This document shows, piece after piece, positions 27,603 to 36,342 of a stretch of 64,000 bases of DNA (its first letter is position 1; each line of letters starts with the position of its first letter). A program made the translations under genes and the position numbers. This DNA comes from Candidatus Methylacidiphilales bacterium (lineage in GTDB: Bacteria > Verrucomicrobiota > Verrucomicrobiia > Methylacidiphilales > JAAUTS01), in the NCBI GenBank assembly GCA_028713655.1, contig JAQTNW010000001.1, forward strand, positions 68,465-132,464, in the 5' to 3' direction. Below the pieces are notes generated by a model. The model had not been told where the DNA came from. It ran no database searches and saw nothing but the letters and a program-made list of their open reading frames with translations.

Positions 27603-28478
27603 CTAAATTGTTGCTTGTCTTAGACTGTGTCCCCAGAGGCCACAAGGGCGCACAAGGAGAAAGAACACAAGTATTACAAAAACGACCGCATCCTGCCACG
27701 CTAGCGGAAGCCAGATAGCGCACATGTTCTGGGCAACTCCGACAATGATTCCTCCTGCCGCCGCCCCCAATATACTTGTCCGCCCACCAACAATCATCGC
27801 AACCACTCCGTTGAGGAGGAGTTTCATTCCCATCGTCGGAACAATGTCTTGGTCCAACGCTAATAGAATTCCCGCCAAACCAGCGAGTCCTGAACCTACA
27901 GCCATTACGATGTATCGTACGTTTTCTACTCTCATGCCACAGAGGATTGCAAGGTGTTTGTCATTTGCAAGGGCTCGGACATGTCTTCCAAATCGAGTCA
28001 GCTCTAGCCATAATGCCATCGTCACTACCATCAGAGCGGTGAGTAGTAGAATTGCAATCTGATTTGCCGTAATTCTCGCTTCGAATACCTGGAACCCAGT
28101 GCTGATTTTGCCTGAACTAAGGGTTTTTAAATCGTCTCCGAACATCATAGAAATCAAATTTTGACCGATGAGATAAGCTCCTATCGAAGCAAGCAAAAGG
28201 ACGAGCGCCGAGCCGTTGCGCTTCATCACTGGATGGATTATGCAAATATCAAGCAGTACGCCGAGTGTTCCTGCGGTACATACACCGACAAAAGCAGCGA
28301 TTAAGATTGGCGAGCCAATTCGGCAGAGAGCAAACATAACGTAAGCCCCGGCAGAACATGCCAAACCATGAGTAAAATGAAAAAAACCTTGAGCTTGGTA
28401 AATCAGTGAAAAACCGATGCCTACTAGAGCATAGATGCTGCCAGCAATAAGCGCATTTACACAGAGTTGGCTAAACAT
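27603..28478 (-). CDS. branched-chain-amino-acid-type ABC transporter permease (LivH-like)
   Basis: 291 aa. N-terminus MFSQLCVNALIAGSIYALVGIGFSLIY is typical of LivH-family permeases. Confidence 0.8.
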   Translation of the reverse strand: MFSQLCVNALIAGSIYALVGIGFSLIYQAQGFFHFTHGLACSAGAYVMFALCRIGSPILIAAFVGVCTAGTLGVLLDICIIHPVMKRNGSALVLLLASIGAYLIGQNLISMMFGDDLKTLSSGKISTGFQVFEARITANQIAILLLTALMVVTMALWLELTRFGRHVRALANDKHLAILCGMRVENVRYIVMAVGSGLAGLAGILLALDQDIVPTMGMKLLLNGVVAMIVGGRTSILGAAAGGIIVGVAQNMCAIWLPLAWQDAVVFVILVFFLLVRPCGLWGHSLRQATI

Positions 28479-30067
28479 GAGGCTTCCTCTGTAGTCGGTA
28501 ACTCTGTTTTGCTGAGAGCTTCATCATCTCTCCAATGGCCTACCACACGGTACAGAGGATGAAGCAAGCGCGGCACTTTCTCCCAAAGAATCTCCTGGCA
28601 CTCTGCTTCCAATTCATTTACCGCTTCCTGTGTGAGTCCCCCAGGTGTGGCTGGTTCATACTGTAGCGACATTGACCACTCATTCATCGGAGGCAAAGGA
28701 TTCACCCCTGGAACTACAGTACCCCTGTCGAGTCTAAATCCGACCAAGTCAGCCGTGTCTACAAGCTCTTGATTGGCCAACAAGAACGCAACGGTTGCAT
28801 CTGCGTCATCTTTTGTTGTGCCGGGATGACCAACCATACAGAATAGATGAACTTTGATCCCAGTGCGTGCGCATGCCTTGAGAATACGCATGGGATTTCC
28901 AGAATCGTTTTTTCCGAAAAGAACTCTCGAAGCGGTTGGAGCTTGTTCGAGGCCAAAATATAATTTCCGCAAACCTCCAGCATAAGCACGCTCCAAAAAC
29001 CCTGTGTCTTCCCAAGCTGGCTCAAGCCGCGCGTAACCTTCCCACTCAATATTTACATTTGACTGAATCAACGATTTTGAAAGCTCTTTTGCCTTACTAG
29101 GCGCAACGGCTTCATCAACAAATTTTATGCACCCAACGCCTGTTTTAGAACGCATTTCTTCGAGTTGACTGACGATGAAATCAGCAGGAGATGAACCCGC
29201 ATATCCCGTTTTTGACCATCCTGCTGGTATGGCGCAGAAGTGACATTTCCCCCAATAACAACCCCGTGTGGAAACGTATGGGATAGCGGGAACACCGATG
29301 TAGTTGTCAAGCGCAATGCCGTCGAATGACGGAATAGCCCAAGACTCGTAAGGGACATTCTCGGTTGAAATAACGTGTGGTAAAACCTCCCGGGCCTTAA
29401 CTGAACCAAGCTCGGCGACGGTTTGCGTCGTTTGCCTAATAGCCAAATCGCCCTGATAGAGTACAACTTGATCGACGAGTGTACACAAAAACGGAAATGC
29501 ACTTGTATCTCTTAGGCGTGTGATGATGTTCCCTCCAAGAACGAGGAATGTATCTGGGAATTCCTCCCGGATGAGTTCCAGCAACTCCAACGCGGGCAAC
29601 AGTTGTTCTTGCGACGAGACGGTTATTCCAATCAATGCTGGCTTTTCGGCAGCAAGCCTAGGTAGAACTCGATCTCGATAAAATCGAGAATATGGAGAGT
29701 TGTTGCGCAAGAGCACAATTGCATCTGCGAGTGGCAGGGACCGAAAATGGCCGAAGGAAAATCCTGAAAGTAGGCCGGAAGTCTTTGGTTCTACCATGTG
29801 CCCAGAAAGGTTAATAAACTGATCTTCCCACTTAAAATAAAGACTATCGAGTGCTGCGTAATCAGACAGTCTGCATGCCTGAACAATTTCATTTCTGCTG
29901 GGCGGCGTGGTAAAATTCCTCACAAACTCCTGAGTTAAGTCCCAAACAGAACACTCCAAACCAAGCGTCTGTATCCCACCGGACAATAAAGGAAGAGCCA
30001 AATGCGGGCCATATACGCACGAGGTCCAATTCGGAGGAAATATTAAAACTGCCGAGCGTAAATTCAT
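28457..30067 (-). CDS. B12-binding-domain-like radical SAM protein
   Basis: 536 aa. Radical SAM cluster motif RGCYWGKCHFC (CxxxxCxxC variant) preceded by a Rossmann-like N-terminal region as in class B radical SAM enzymes. Overlaps both neighbouring genes. Confidence 0.7.
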   Translation of the reverse strand: MNLRSAVLIFPPNWTSCVYGPHLALPLLSGGIQTLGLECSVWDLTQEFVRNFTTPPSRNEIVQACRLSDYAALDSLYFKWEDQFINLSGHMVEPKTSGLLSGFSFGHFRSLPLADAIVLLRNNSPYSRFYRDRVLPRLAAEKPALIGITVSSQEQLLPALELLELIREEFPDTFLVLGGNIITRLRDTSAFPFLCTLVDQVVLYQGDLAIRQTTQTVAELGSVKAREVLPHVISTENVPYESWAIPSFDGIALDNYIGVPAIPYVSTRGCYWGKCHFCAIPAGWSKTGYAGSSPADFIVSQLEEMRSKTGVGCIKFVDEAVAPSKAKELSKSLIQSNVNIEWEGYARLEPAWEDTGFLERAYAGGLRKLYFGLEQAPTASRVLFGKNDSGNPMRILKACARTGIKVHLFCMVGHPGTTKDDADATVAFLLANQELVDTADLVGFRLDRGTVVPGVNPLPPMNEWSMSLQYEPATPGGLTQEAVNELEAECQEILWEKVPRLLHPLYRVVGHWRDDEALSKTELPTTEEASCLANSV

Positions 30068-31494
30068 GCAGGGGTCCTTTCCGCTCTATCCCAGATGTCC
30101 TGCAACTCCTTCATCTCCTTGTTTATTTCCTCGTCTGTTAGGAAGACAATTCCACTAAGGTTGTTAACCTTATCCCTGTAAAACGCAATGCCGAACAAAC
30201 TTCCTCCAACAGGCTCCATATTAACTAAGAAAACGTCTTCGTATTCATACTGATCCGCTGGTTGATCATCATAAACACAGTAAACACCTTTAGTTTCGGA
30301 GCCGCACACAAATCCCGATTGAGGAATAACCGCATCGTGATATTCGTCATTAAAGTGTTCTCCAAGACTTACCCATTGAGGGTAGTGGTGTTGGTGAGCG
30401 CAATTGCATTTACCGATAAGGTATAAAGGGTACGTAGCGTGGGCCGCCTTCAATCTAATAGCCTCATTCACTTCGCTTAGTAATTTAGGACACCTTCCGT
30501 TAAATGATATCTTTGCCGCATCATTGACTGTCAACACAGCACTATTGTTTATGTTGTAAAGAAACTCGCGCTTAGTTTCACCATTATCACCACACGAAAC
30601 TATTCGCCGCATTTGTATTATTTTTTTTTGATCCCGTTTATCTTTAAGGCGAAGTTTCTGAACACTCTGTTTATATTCTTCCCACCAAGGGTATGAATGG
30701 GCATAGACGAAGAGAGTTCCATCATTTCTTGAGGAGACGCTTTCCGACAAGTTATACCATCGCCTTATGGGCTTGCATAAGTGGGTCCATACACGAATAG
30801 TTCCTGGATGTCTGGGATTACAGGCAGTAACTATTTCTAAAATACTTTTAACACATTCGGCGTAAACCTCGAAATTCGCTGGAAGAAGAAGGCGTCTCGA
30901 AGAGGGGTTAATTTGTTCAGGCAGTTGACGTAAGTAGTTTTGTAAAACTTGGGCAGCAAGATGCAATTCTTCAATCAGATTGTTCTGTTTGGAATCAGCT
31001 TCTACGACAAGCTTGTTCCACGCATAAATAACTGCCGCGTAACCCGATATGATTTTCTGAAAGTCTGTAGATAGCTGTCCAGTCGCCAGCTTGTTTGCCA
31101 ATTCCGAAAAAGCAAGACGCAGTGGCTCATAATGTGGGAATTGACGAAGCTTTTGTTCCTGCTGGATACCAAGAGTTATGCCCGACTTAATGCCCTCCTC
31201 GTGACCAGTGGTTGAGCCTGCTGCTTGGCCTCTTTTGAAACCTACATTATCACCAGACCGATATGCACTTCGGGAAAACAAAATTACTGCTACCGTCCCG
31301 ATAATAAAGAATATCCCGGTGAGACAAATATGTTCTTTGTCTGAAATAGCTAAAGCTAGCGATTTGCCTATGTAAGTAACAGCTTCTGATGCGTAGTGAA
31401 TGGTTGCAGCCCATGTTGCAAACACTACCAGAAGCCCTAGGAGAAGAGTAAACCATCGCGGCAGGCCCAGCAATTTTAGTTTTGGTGGTTCCAT
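30064..31494 (-). CDS. hypothetical membrane-anchored protein (2 N-terminal TM helices + ~380-aa unknown domain)
   Basis: 476-aa ORF. TM segments WFTLLLGLLVVFATWAATI and ICLTGIFFIIGTVAVILF. No recognised domain. 4-nt overlap with the radical SAM gene. Confidence 0.55.
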   Translation of the reverse strand: MEPPKLKLLGLPRWFTLLLGLLVVFATWAATIHYASEAVTYIGKSLALAISDKEHICLTGIFFIIGTVAVILFSRSAYRSGDNVGFKRGQAAGSTTGHEEGIKSGITLGIQQEQKLRQFPHYEPLRLAFSELANKLATGQLSTDFQKIISGYAAVIYAWNKLVVEADSKQNNLIEELHLAAQVLQNYLRQLPEQINPSSRRLLLPANFEVYAECVKSILEIVTACNPRHPGTIRVWTHLCKPIRRWYNLSESVSSRNDGTLFVYAHSYPWWEEYKQSVQKLRLKDKRDQKKIIQMRRIVSCGDNGETKREFLYNINNSAVLTVNDAAKISFNGRCPKLLSEVNEAIRLKAAHATYPLYLIGKCNCAHQHHYPQWVSLGEHFNDEYHDAVIPQSGFVCGSETKGVYCVYDDQPADQYEYEDVFLVNMEPVGGSLFGIAFYRDKVNNLSGIVFLTDEEINKEMKELQDIWDRAERTPA

Positions 31495-31738
31495 TCTATA
31501 TCGGCATCTAATAGAGAAATGTCACAATGGGTGGTATTAGTCGCAATAGTTAAATCGCTAATCAAAGCTCTCGTGCTGCTTGCGGACGGCGTTTTCGCGG
31601 CGATGCCTGCAGCTTTATCTGTGCGACCTCAATTGAGTTATTCAGTGGATACCTCAGCCTAGATGAGTTGGTCGTAATATCGCTTTTTGCCGGAGCCTTC
31701 TTCATGCTCATAATATGTGCTTTCATGTGATAAGTGGG

Positions 31739-32893
31739 TTATTTTTTCAATACGACGGGAACAAATTTGCCATTCTCAACGCGATAGATTGTATATGGTT
31801 TAAATACGTCTCCGTTGGAATCAAATTTAGTTAGGCCGGTCGGTCCTTCATACTGCGTATTCAGCAATGCCTTTTGTATTGCCGGTCCGTCAATCTGGCC
31901 TGAAATACTGTTGATAGCCTTCGCTAAAACCTGAGTCGCATCGTAGAAGAGACCGGAGTAAATACCTGGTTCTTCATCGTAACGAGCCTGGTATGTTTCT
32001 ATGAATTTTTTAACTGCTGGATTCGTGTTAGGATCGCCCCAGCCAACCGTAACCCAATACGAGCCATCCGCCGCGTCACCAGATGTCTCCAATAATTGCG
32101 GATCATAGCCGCCGTCCGTTCCAATCACTATACTGGAAATAGCAAGCTCTTTTGATTGTCGCAGGATTGCGCCGCCTTCGGGATAATGAACCGCTGCAAA
32201 TATGAAGGCAGGAGAGGACGCCCGCACTTTAGTTAACTGTGCGCGCACATCCGTTGTATCTGCTGGTACAGCCTCCACGCCAACGACTGTACCGCCTAAA
32301 TCCTTGTACGCTTTTACAAAGGCGTCGCGAAGTGTCACTCCGTAGTCTGCGTTCCGATAAAGAACGAAGCTGCTTTTCAAGCCCAGCTTATTGAAGGCAA
32401 AATCAGCGATTGTACGTGCTTGCTCAAGGTTTTTTGGGCAAGTACGAAAAATGTACTCTCCCGCGTCTGTTATGTTGTCGCTAGTAGCGCTGCCGGTTAA
32501 GAGAACTACCCGCTGACGATTGGCTTCGGGAGCACAGGCCAGAACAATTCCGGAATAGAAGGGACCGAGTACTGCTTGAACTTTGTCAACTGAGGCAAGC
32601 TTTTGAAAGGCTAACAGACCATCCTTGGGATTTCCTTTGTCATCTTCATAAATGACAGTGAGCTTTTTGCCGTGAACTCCGCCTTGTATGTTGATTTCAT
32701 CAACCGCCATGTCTATGGCAGTTTTTGCTGCCTTGCCATAATTTGCTCCCTCGCCCGAAAACGGTGAAATCGCCCCGATACGAATTACCTTGTTACTTAA
32801 CTGATCGGTCTTGGTTTTGCATGAAACAAAACCGAGTGCAAGGACTCCGAATAGGCCCGCCAAAACGAAACATAATTTGATCCGCATTTTCAC
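31739..32893 (-). CDS. ABC transporter substrate-binding protein (LivJ/K-type, Peripla_BP_6-like lipoprotein)
   Basis: 384 aa. Lipoprotein-like signal LALGFVSCKT. IRIGAISPFSGEGANYG and the overall pattern are typical of type I periplasmic binding proteins for amino acids or amides. Confidence 0.8.
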   Translation of the reverse strand: MKMRIKLCFVLAGLFGVLALGFVSCKTKTDQLSNKVIRIGAISPFSGEGANYGKAAKTAIDMAVDEINIQGGVHGKKLTVIYEDDKGNPKDGLLAFQKLASVDKVQAVLGPFYSGIVLACAPEANRQRVVLLTGSATSDNITDAGEYIFRTCPKNLEQARTIADFAFNKLGLKSSFVLYRNADYGVTLRDAFVKAYKDLGGTVVGVEAVPADTTDVRAQLTKVRASSPAFIFAAVHYPEGGAILRQSKELAISSIVIGTDGGYDPQLLETSGDAADGSYWVTVGWGDPNTNPAVKKFIETYQARYDEEPGIYSGLFYDATQVLAKAINSISGQIDGPAIQKALLNTQYEGPTGLTKFDSNGDVFKPYTIYRVENGKFVPVVLKK

Positions 32894-33091
32894 ACCTTTG
32901 GTTGTGGTGGGTGAGTCTCTTTAGTTAATTTACATTAGATAAGATGATTTGGCTGTAAAGAGGGAAACGTTGGTGCTCACAATCGCACGAGCAAGGCCCC
33001 TGATATTAACGACTTGGCGAAATGGATTTTAGAAGCCAGTCTGATGCGGATGCGTTTTTACAAATCAAGGTTTCTTCCCCGAAAGTAGGGT

Positions 33092-36000
33092 ATGTCTTCA
33101 AAGTTTTTTACAAACGCAGAAGGCAATACACTGCTCCAAAAAATCCAAGGGGTTTTTGAGCACAAAAAAGTCCACTTTCTGGATGTCCTTGTGGGTTTCC
33201 TTCATGCCTCGGGTTACTTCCGGGTTCGCCCCTTTATAGCCAAAGCGCAAAAGATACGCCTCCTTGTTGGCATTTCCGTTGACCACCTGATTGCAGAAGC
33301 AACCACGCAGGGACTTCAACTCACTGCCAGCGACGATCAAATTCGCGGGGAACTGCTCAAGGCACTGATTGAGGATGTTCAAAAAGCCGATTACAAACCA
33401 GAGATTGAACAGGGAATGGTTGGATTGCTTGAAGATATTTCAAGCGAAAAAGTCCAGCTTCGCGTTCACCCCAATAGAAATCTTCACGCTAAAATTTACA
33501 TTTTCCGGGAAGAGCACAAGCACGCACACGGCTATGGAGCAGTAATTACAGGCTCCAGCAATTTAACGGCTGCCGGCCTGGAAAAGAATTTTGAATTCAA
33601 CGTTGAGCTTCGTGATGACGAAGAAATCGAATTCGCGGCCAACACCTTTGAAAAACTTTGGGGTGAAGGCGTTCCCGTCACCTCTGCATTTGCCCAGGAA
33701 TTAAAGCAACAGACTTACCTCAACGACGCATTCACACCCTTTGATCTTTACGTGAAGTTTCTCTTGGAATATTTCGGATCAGCTATCGAATTTGACCCTG
33801 ATTCCATTCTGGATTTACCCAAGGGTTTCAAAAAGCTTTCTTATCAGGTGGATGCAGTCAACGACGGTTTCACCAAACTGCAACAGCACAATGGCTTTTT
33901 CTTGGCTGACGTGGTGGGGCTTGGAAAAACCATTATTGCCACCCTGATTGCCCGCAAATTTTATTACAGCAATGGCTTCCCATCCTATCAATCACATACG
34001 CTTATTGTGGTTCCTCCCGCCTTGGAAGAAGGGTGGCGACAGACGGTGGACAAATTCAATCTGAACAACGTTCATTTTGAAACGGTTGGCAGCCTTCACA
34101 AGATCACGAATGCCCGCAAGTATGATCTTATCTTAGTGGATGAAGCACATAAATTCCGTTCCGACACGGCGGATATGTATCGCGAACTCCAACGCATTTG
34201 TAAAACACCGACCCGGCAGGGTTTGGATAAAAAAGTCATTTTGATTTCGGCCACACCTCTCAACAATAGGCCGCAGGATATTGCCAATCTGGTTTACCTT
34301 TTTCAGGACAGCAAAGATTCCACTTTGGACGTGGCCAATTTGCAGCATTTCTTCGCTCCCTTAATCAAAGAATACGAACGTTTGAAGCGGGATGGAACTC
34401 CCAAAGAAGTGCAAGAAGGCGTCCGCAAAATTTACGAAAGCATCCGCGAAACGGTCATCGTCCCCTTGACTGTCAGACGCACCCGCAAAGACATTGAAGC
34501 ACATCCCATATACCGGGATGATATAAAACGACAGGGCATCAGCTTCCCTAAAGTCCGTCCTCCACACCGGATTTACTACCCCTTGGATGTCAAGTTGGAG
34601 GAATTATATGACCGGACATTTCAAGCCATCAGTGGAGTCAACGGCGGTTTGACCTATTACCGTTATCAAGCCATTGCCTACCTCAAGCCAGAAAAACGGG
34701 CGCGGTATCAGTCTGCTCTTTTAATCTCCCAACAACTGGCCCGCATCATGAAAACGATGCTAATCAAGCGGTTGGATTCCAGCTTCCATGCCTTCCGCTC
34801 CAGCTTAAAACGGTTCCAGGATGCCACGCAAGTTATGGTCAACATGTTTGACAAGGGTGCGGTTTACATTGCTCCTAATCTGCCCGTGAATGAATTTCTG
34901 TTGGAAGACAAGGAAGACGAACTTATCAAATTGATAGAAGAAGCCTCGTTGACCGACCCAACCATACAGGTTGTTCAACCCTCGGATTTTGAAGACGCTT
35001 TTCTCCCCGGTTTAAAAGCGGATTTGCAGCTCTTGAGTGATCTCTATGCCGAATGGGAAGCCGTTGATTCTGACCCCAAACTGGACGCCTTTTTACTGTG
35101 CCTGAAAGACGATTTGCGCCAAAAAACAATCAATCCCTCGGGCAAGTTGATCGTCTTCTCCGAATCCAAGGAAACGTCTGAATACCTCGCCAAGCAACTG
35201 GAAGAACGGGGCTTTGGCAAGCTGCTCAATGTTTCCAGTCATAACCGTAAAGAACGGCTGCCGCTCGTTAAAGCCAATTTTGACGCCAATCTATCTCTTG
35301 ACCAACAGGCCAATGACTATGACATCCTTATCTCCACCGAAGTTTTGGCTGAAGGCATCAATCTGCACAGGGCCAATGTCATCATTAATTATGACACCCC
35401 CTGGAACTCCACCCGGTTGATGCAACGCATTGGGCGGGTAAACCGTATTGGAACTACGGCAGATGCCATTCACATCTTTAACTTTTTCCCCACCGCCAAA
35501 GTGGAAGAAGACATTGAATTGGAGCGTAAAGCCAAACTCAAACTTCATGCCTTCCACGTTGCTTTGGGCGAAGATAGCCAGATTTATTCAGAAGAAGAGG
35601 CTCCGGCCACATTCGGACTGTTCGATAAACTGCTGGAAGAAGAACAAGATCGGCGCTTGGACTATCTTATGTGGCTGCGCGAATTCCGCGAAAAGAACCC
35701 CAACCGTTTCAAACAAGTCAAAAACCTTCCGCGCCGCGCCCGCACCGGGAGGCAGCACAAAGGCTTTGTGGGCTCCTCCTATGTTTACGTTCGTTCCCAG
35801 CGTCGGGATGGCTTTTATTTCGTTTCACCGGATGAAACGGTCCAAGAGGCCACCTTTCTGGCCATGGCGGATGCGCTCAAAGCTACCCCCGAAGAGGTTT
35901 CCCATCCCTTACCCCCGGAACATCACCTGCATGTCAGCTCATCGGTGGAACATTTCCACTCCACCTGGCAGCAACAAATGGCCTTGGATAAAAAGGTCGA

Positions 36001-36337
36001 AGTACAGCCGGGGCCTACAGAAAGTAATGCCCTGTATTTCCTCAGTGCTTTGTTGCGCTTCCCATTGAGCAGCCCTGTGGAACAGCAACAATTTGCAGCA
36101 GCTCAAACCGCAATTAAAGCGGGGCGATTCCAGAATCTGGCCCGTGACCTAAACAAATTGCGCAAAAGCAACGACAAAGCCCCGGTTGCCATGGCCTTGC
36201 TCATCGAAAAGGCTTACAAACTGTGCCAAGGGTTCCCCTTGTTGGAAGAGGTGGAAGTAACTCCATCTACTCCCTCCCACCCTGCGGCGGTAGCTCAACC
36301 CCCTGAAATCATTCTTTCTGAATCCTTTGTTGGTTAA
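33092..36337 (+). CDS. HKD (PLD-family) nuclease domain fused to an SNF2-family helicase
   Basis: 1081 aa. Single HKD motif NLHAKIYIF...VITGSSNLTAAGL. SNF2 motifs LADVVGLGKTIIA (I), LILVDEAHKFRS (II, DEAH) and ISATPLNN (III). C-terminal helicase motifs ILISTEVLAEGINL and TPWNSTRLMQRIGRVNRIG. Confidence 0.85.
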   Translation: MSSKFFTNAEGNTLLQKIQGVFEHKKVHFLDVLVGFLHASGYFRVRPFIAKAQKIRLLVGISVDHLIAEATTQGLQLTASDDQIRGELLKALIEDVQKADYKPEIEQGMVGLLEDISSEKVQLRVHPNRNLHAKIYIFREEHKHAHGYGAVITGSSNLTAAGLEKNFEFNVELRDDEEIEFAANTFEKLWGEGVPVTSAFAQELKQQTYLNDAFTPFDLYVKFLLEYFGSAIEFDPDSILDLPKGFKKLSYQVDAVNDGFTKLQQHNGFFLADVVGLGKTIIATLIARKFYYSNGFPSYQSHTLIVVPPALEEGWRQTVDKFNLNNVHFETVGSLHKITNARKYDLILVDEAHKFRSDTADMYRELQRICKTPTRQGLDKKVILISATPLNNRPQDIANLVYLFQDSKDSTLDVANLQHFFAPLIKEYERLKRDGTPKEVQEGVRKIYESIRETVIVPLTVRRTRKDIEAHPIYRDDIKRQGISFPKVRPPHRIYYPLDVKLEELYDRTFQAISGVNGGLTYYRYQAIAYLKPEKRARYQSALLISQQLARIMKTMLIKRLDSSFHAFRSSLKRFQDATQVMVNMFDKGAVYIAPNLPVNEFLLEDKEDELIKLIEEASLTDPTIQVVQPSDFEDAFLPGLKADLQLLSDLYAEWEAVDSDPKLDAFLLCLKDDLRQKTINPSGKLIVFSESKETSEYLAKQLEERGFGKLLNVSSHNRKERLPLVKANFDANLSLDQQANDYDILISTEVLAEGINLHRANVIINYDTPWNSTRLMQRIGRVNRIGTTADAIHIFNFFPTAKVEEDIELERKAKLKLHAFHVALGEDSQIYSEEEAPATFGLFDKLLEEEQDRRLDYLMWLREFREKNPNRFKQVKNLPRRARTGRQHKGFVGSSYVYVRSQRRDGFYFVSPDETVQEATFLAMADALKATPEEVSHPLPPEHHLHVSSSVEHFHSTWQQQMALDKKVEVQPGPTESNALYFLSALLRFPLSSPVEQQQFAAAQTAIKAGRFQNLARDLNKLRKSNDKAPVAMALLIEKAYKLCQGFPLLEEVEVTPSTPSHPAAVAQPPEIILSESFVG

Positions 36338-36342
36338 GTATC

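Noticed and set aside
32955-33055. Cobalamin-riboswitch-like words (aaagagggaaacgttggtgc ... gaagccagtc) in the divergent spacer near a B12-radical-SAM operon
   Set aside because: The conserved core elements (CCCGCAACTGT-type segment, GCCACTG B12 box) are missing. The match is also on the plus strand facing the helicase gene, not the transporter/radical SAM operon. Only a covariance-model search could revive it.
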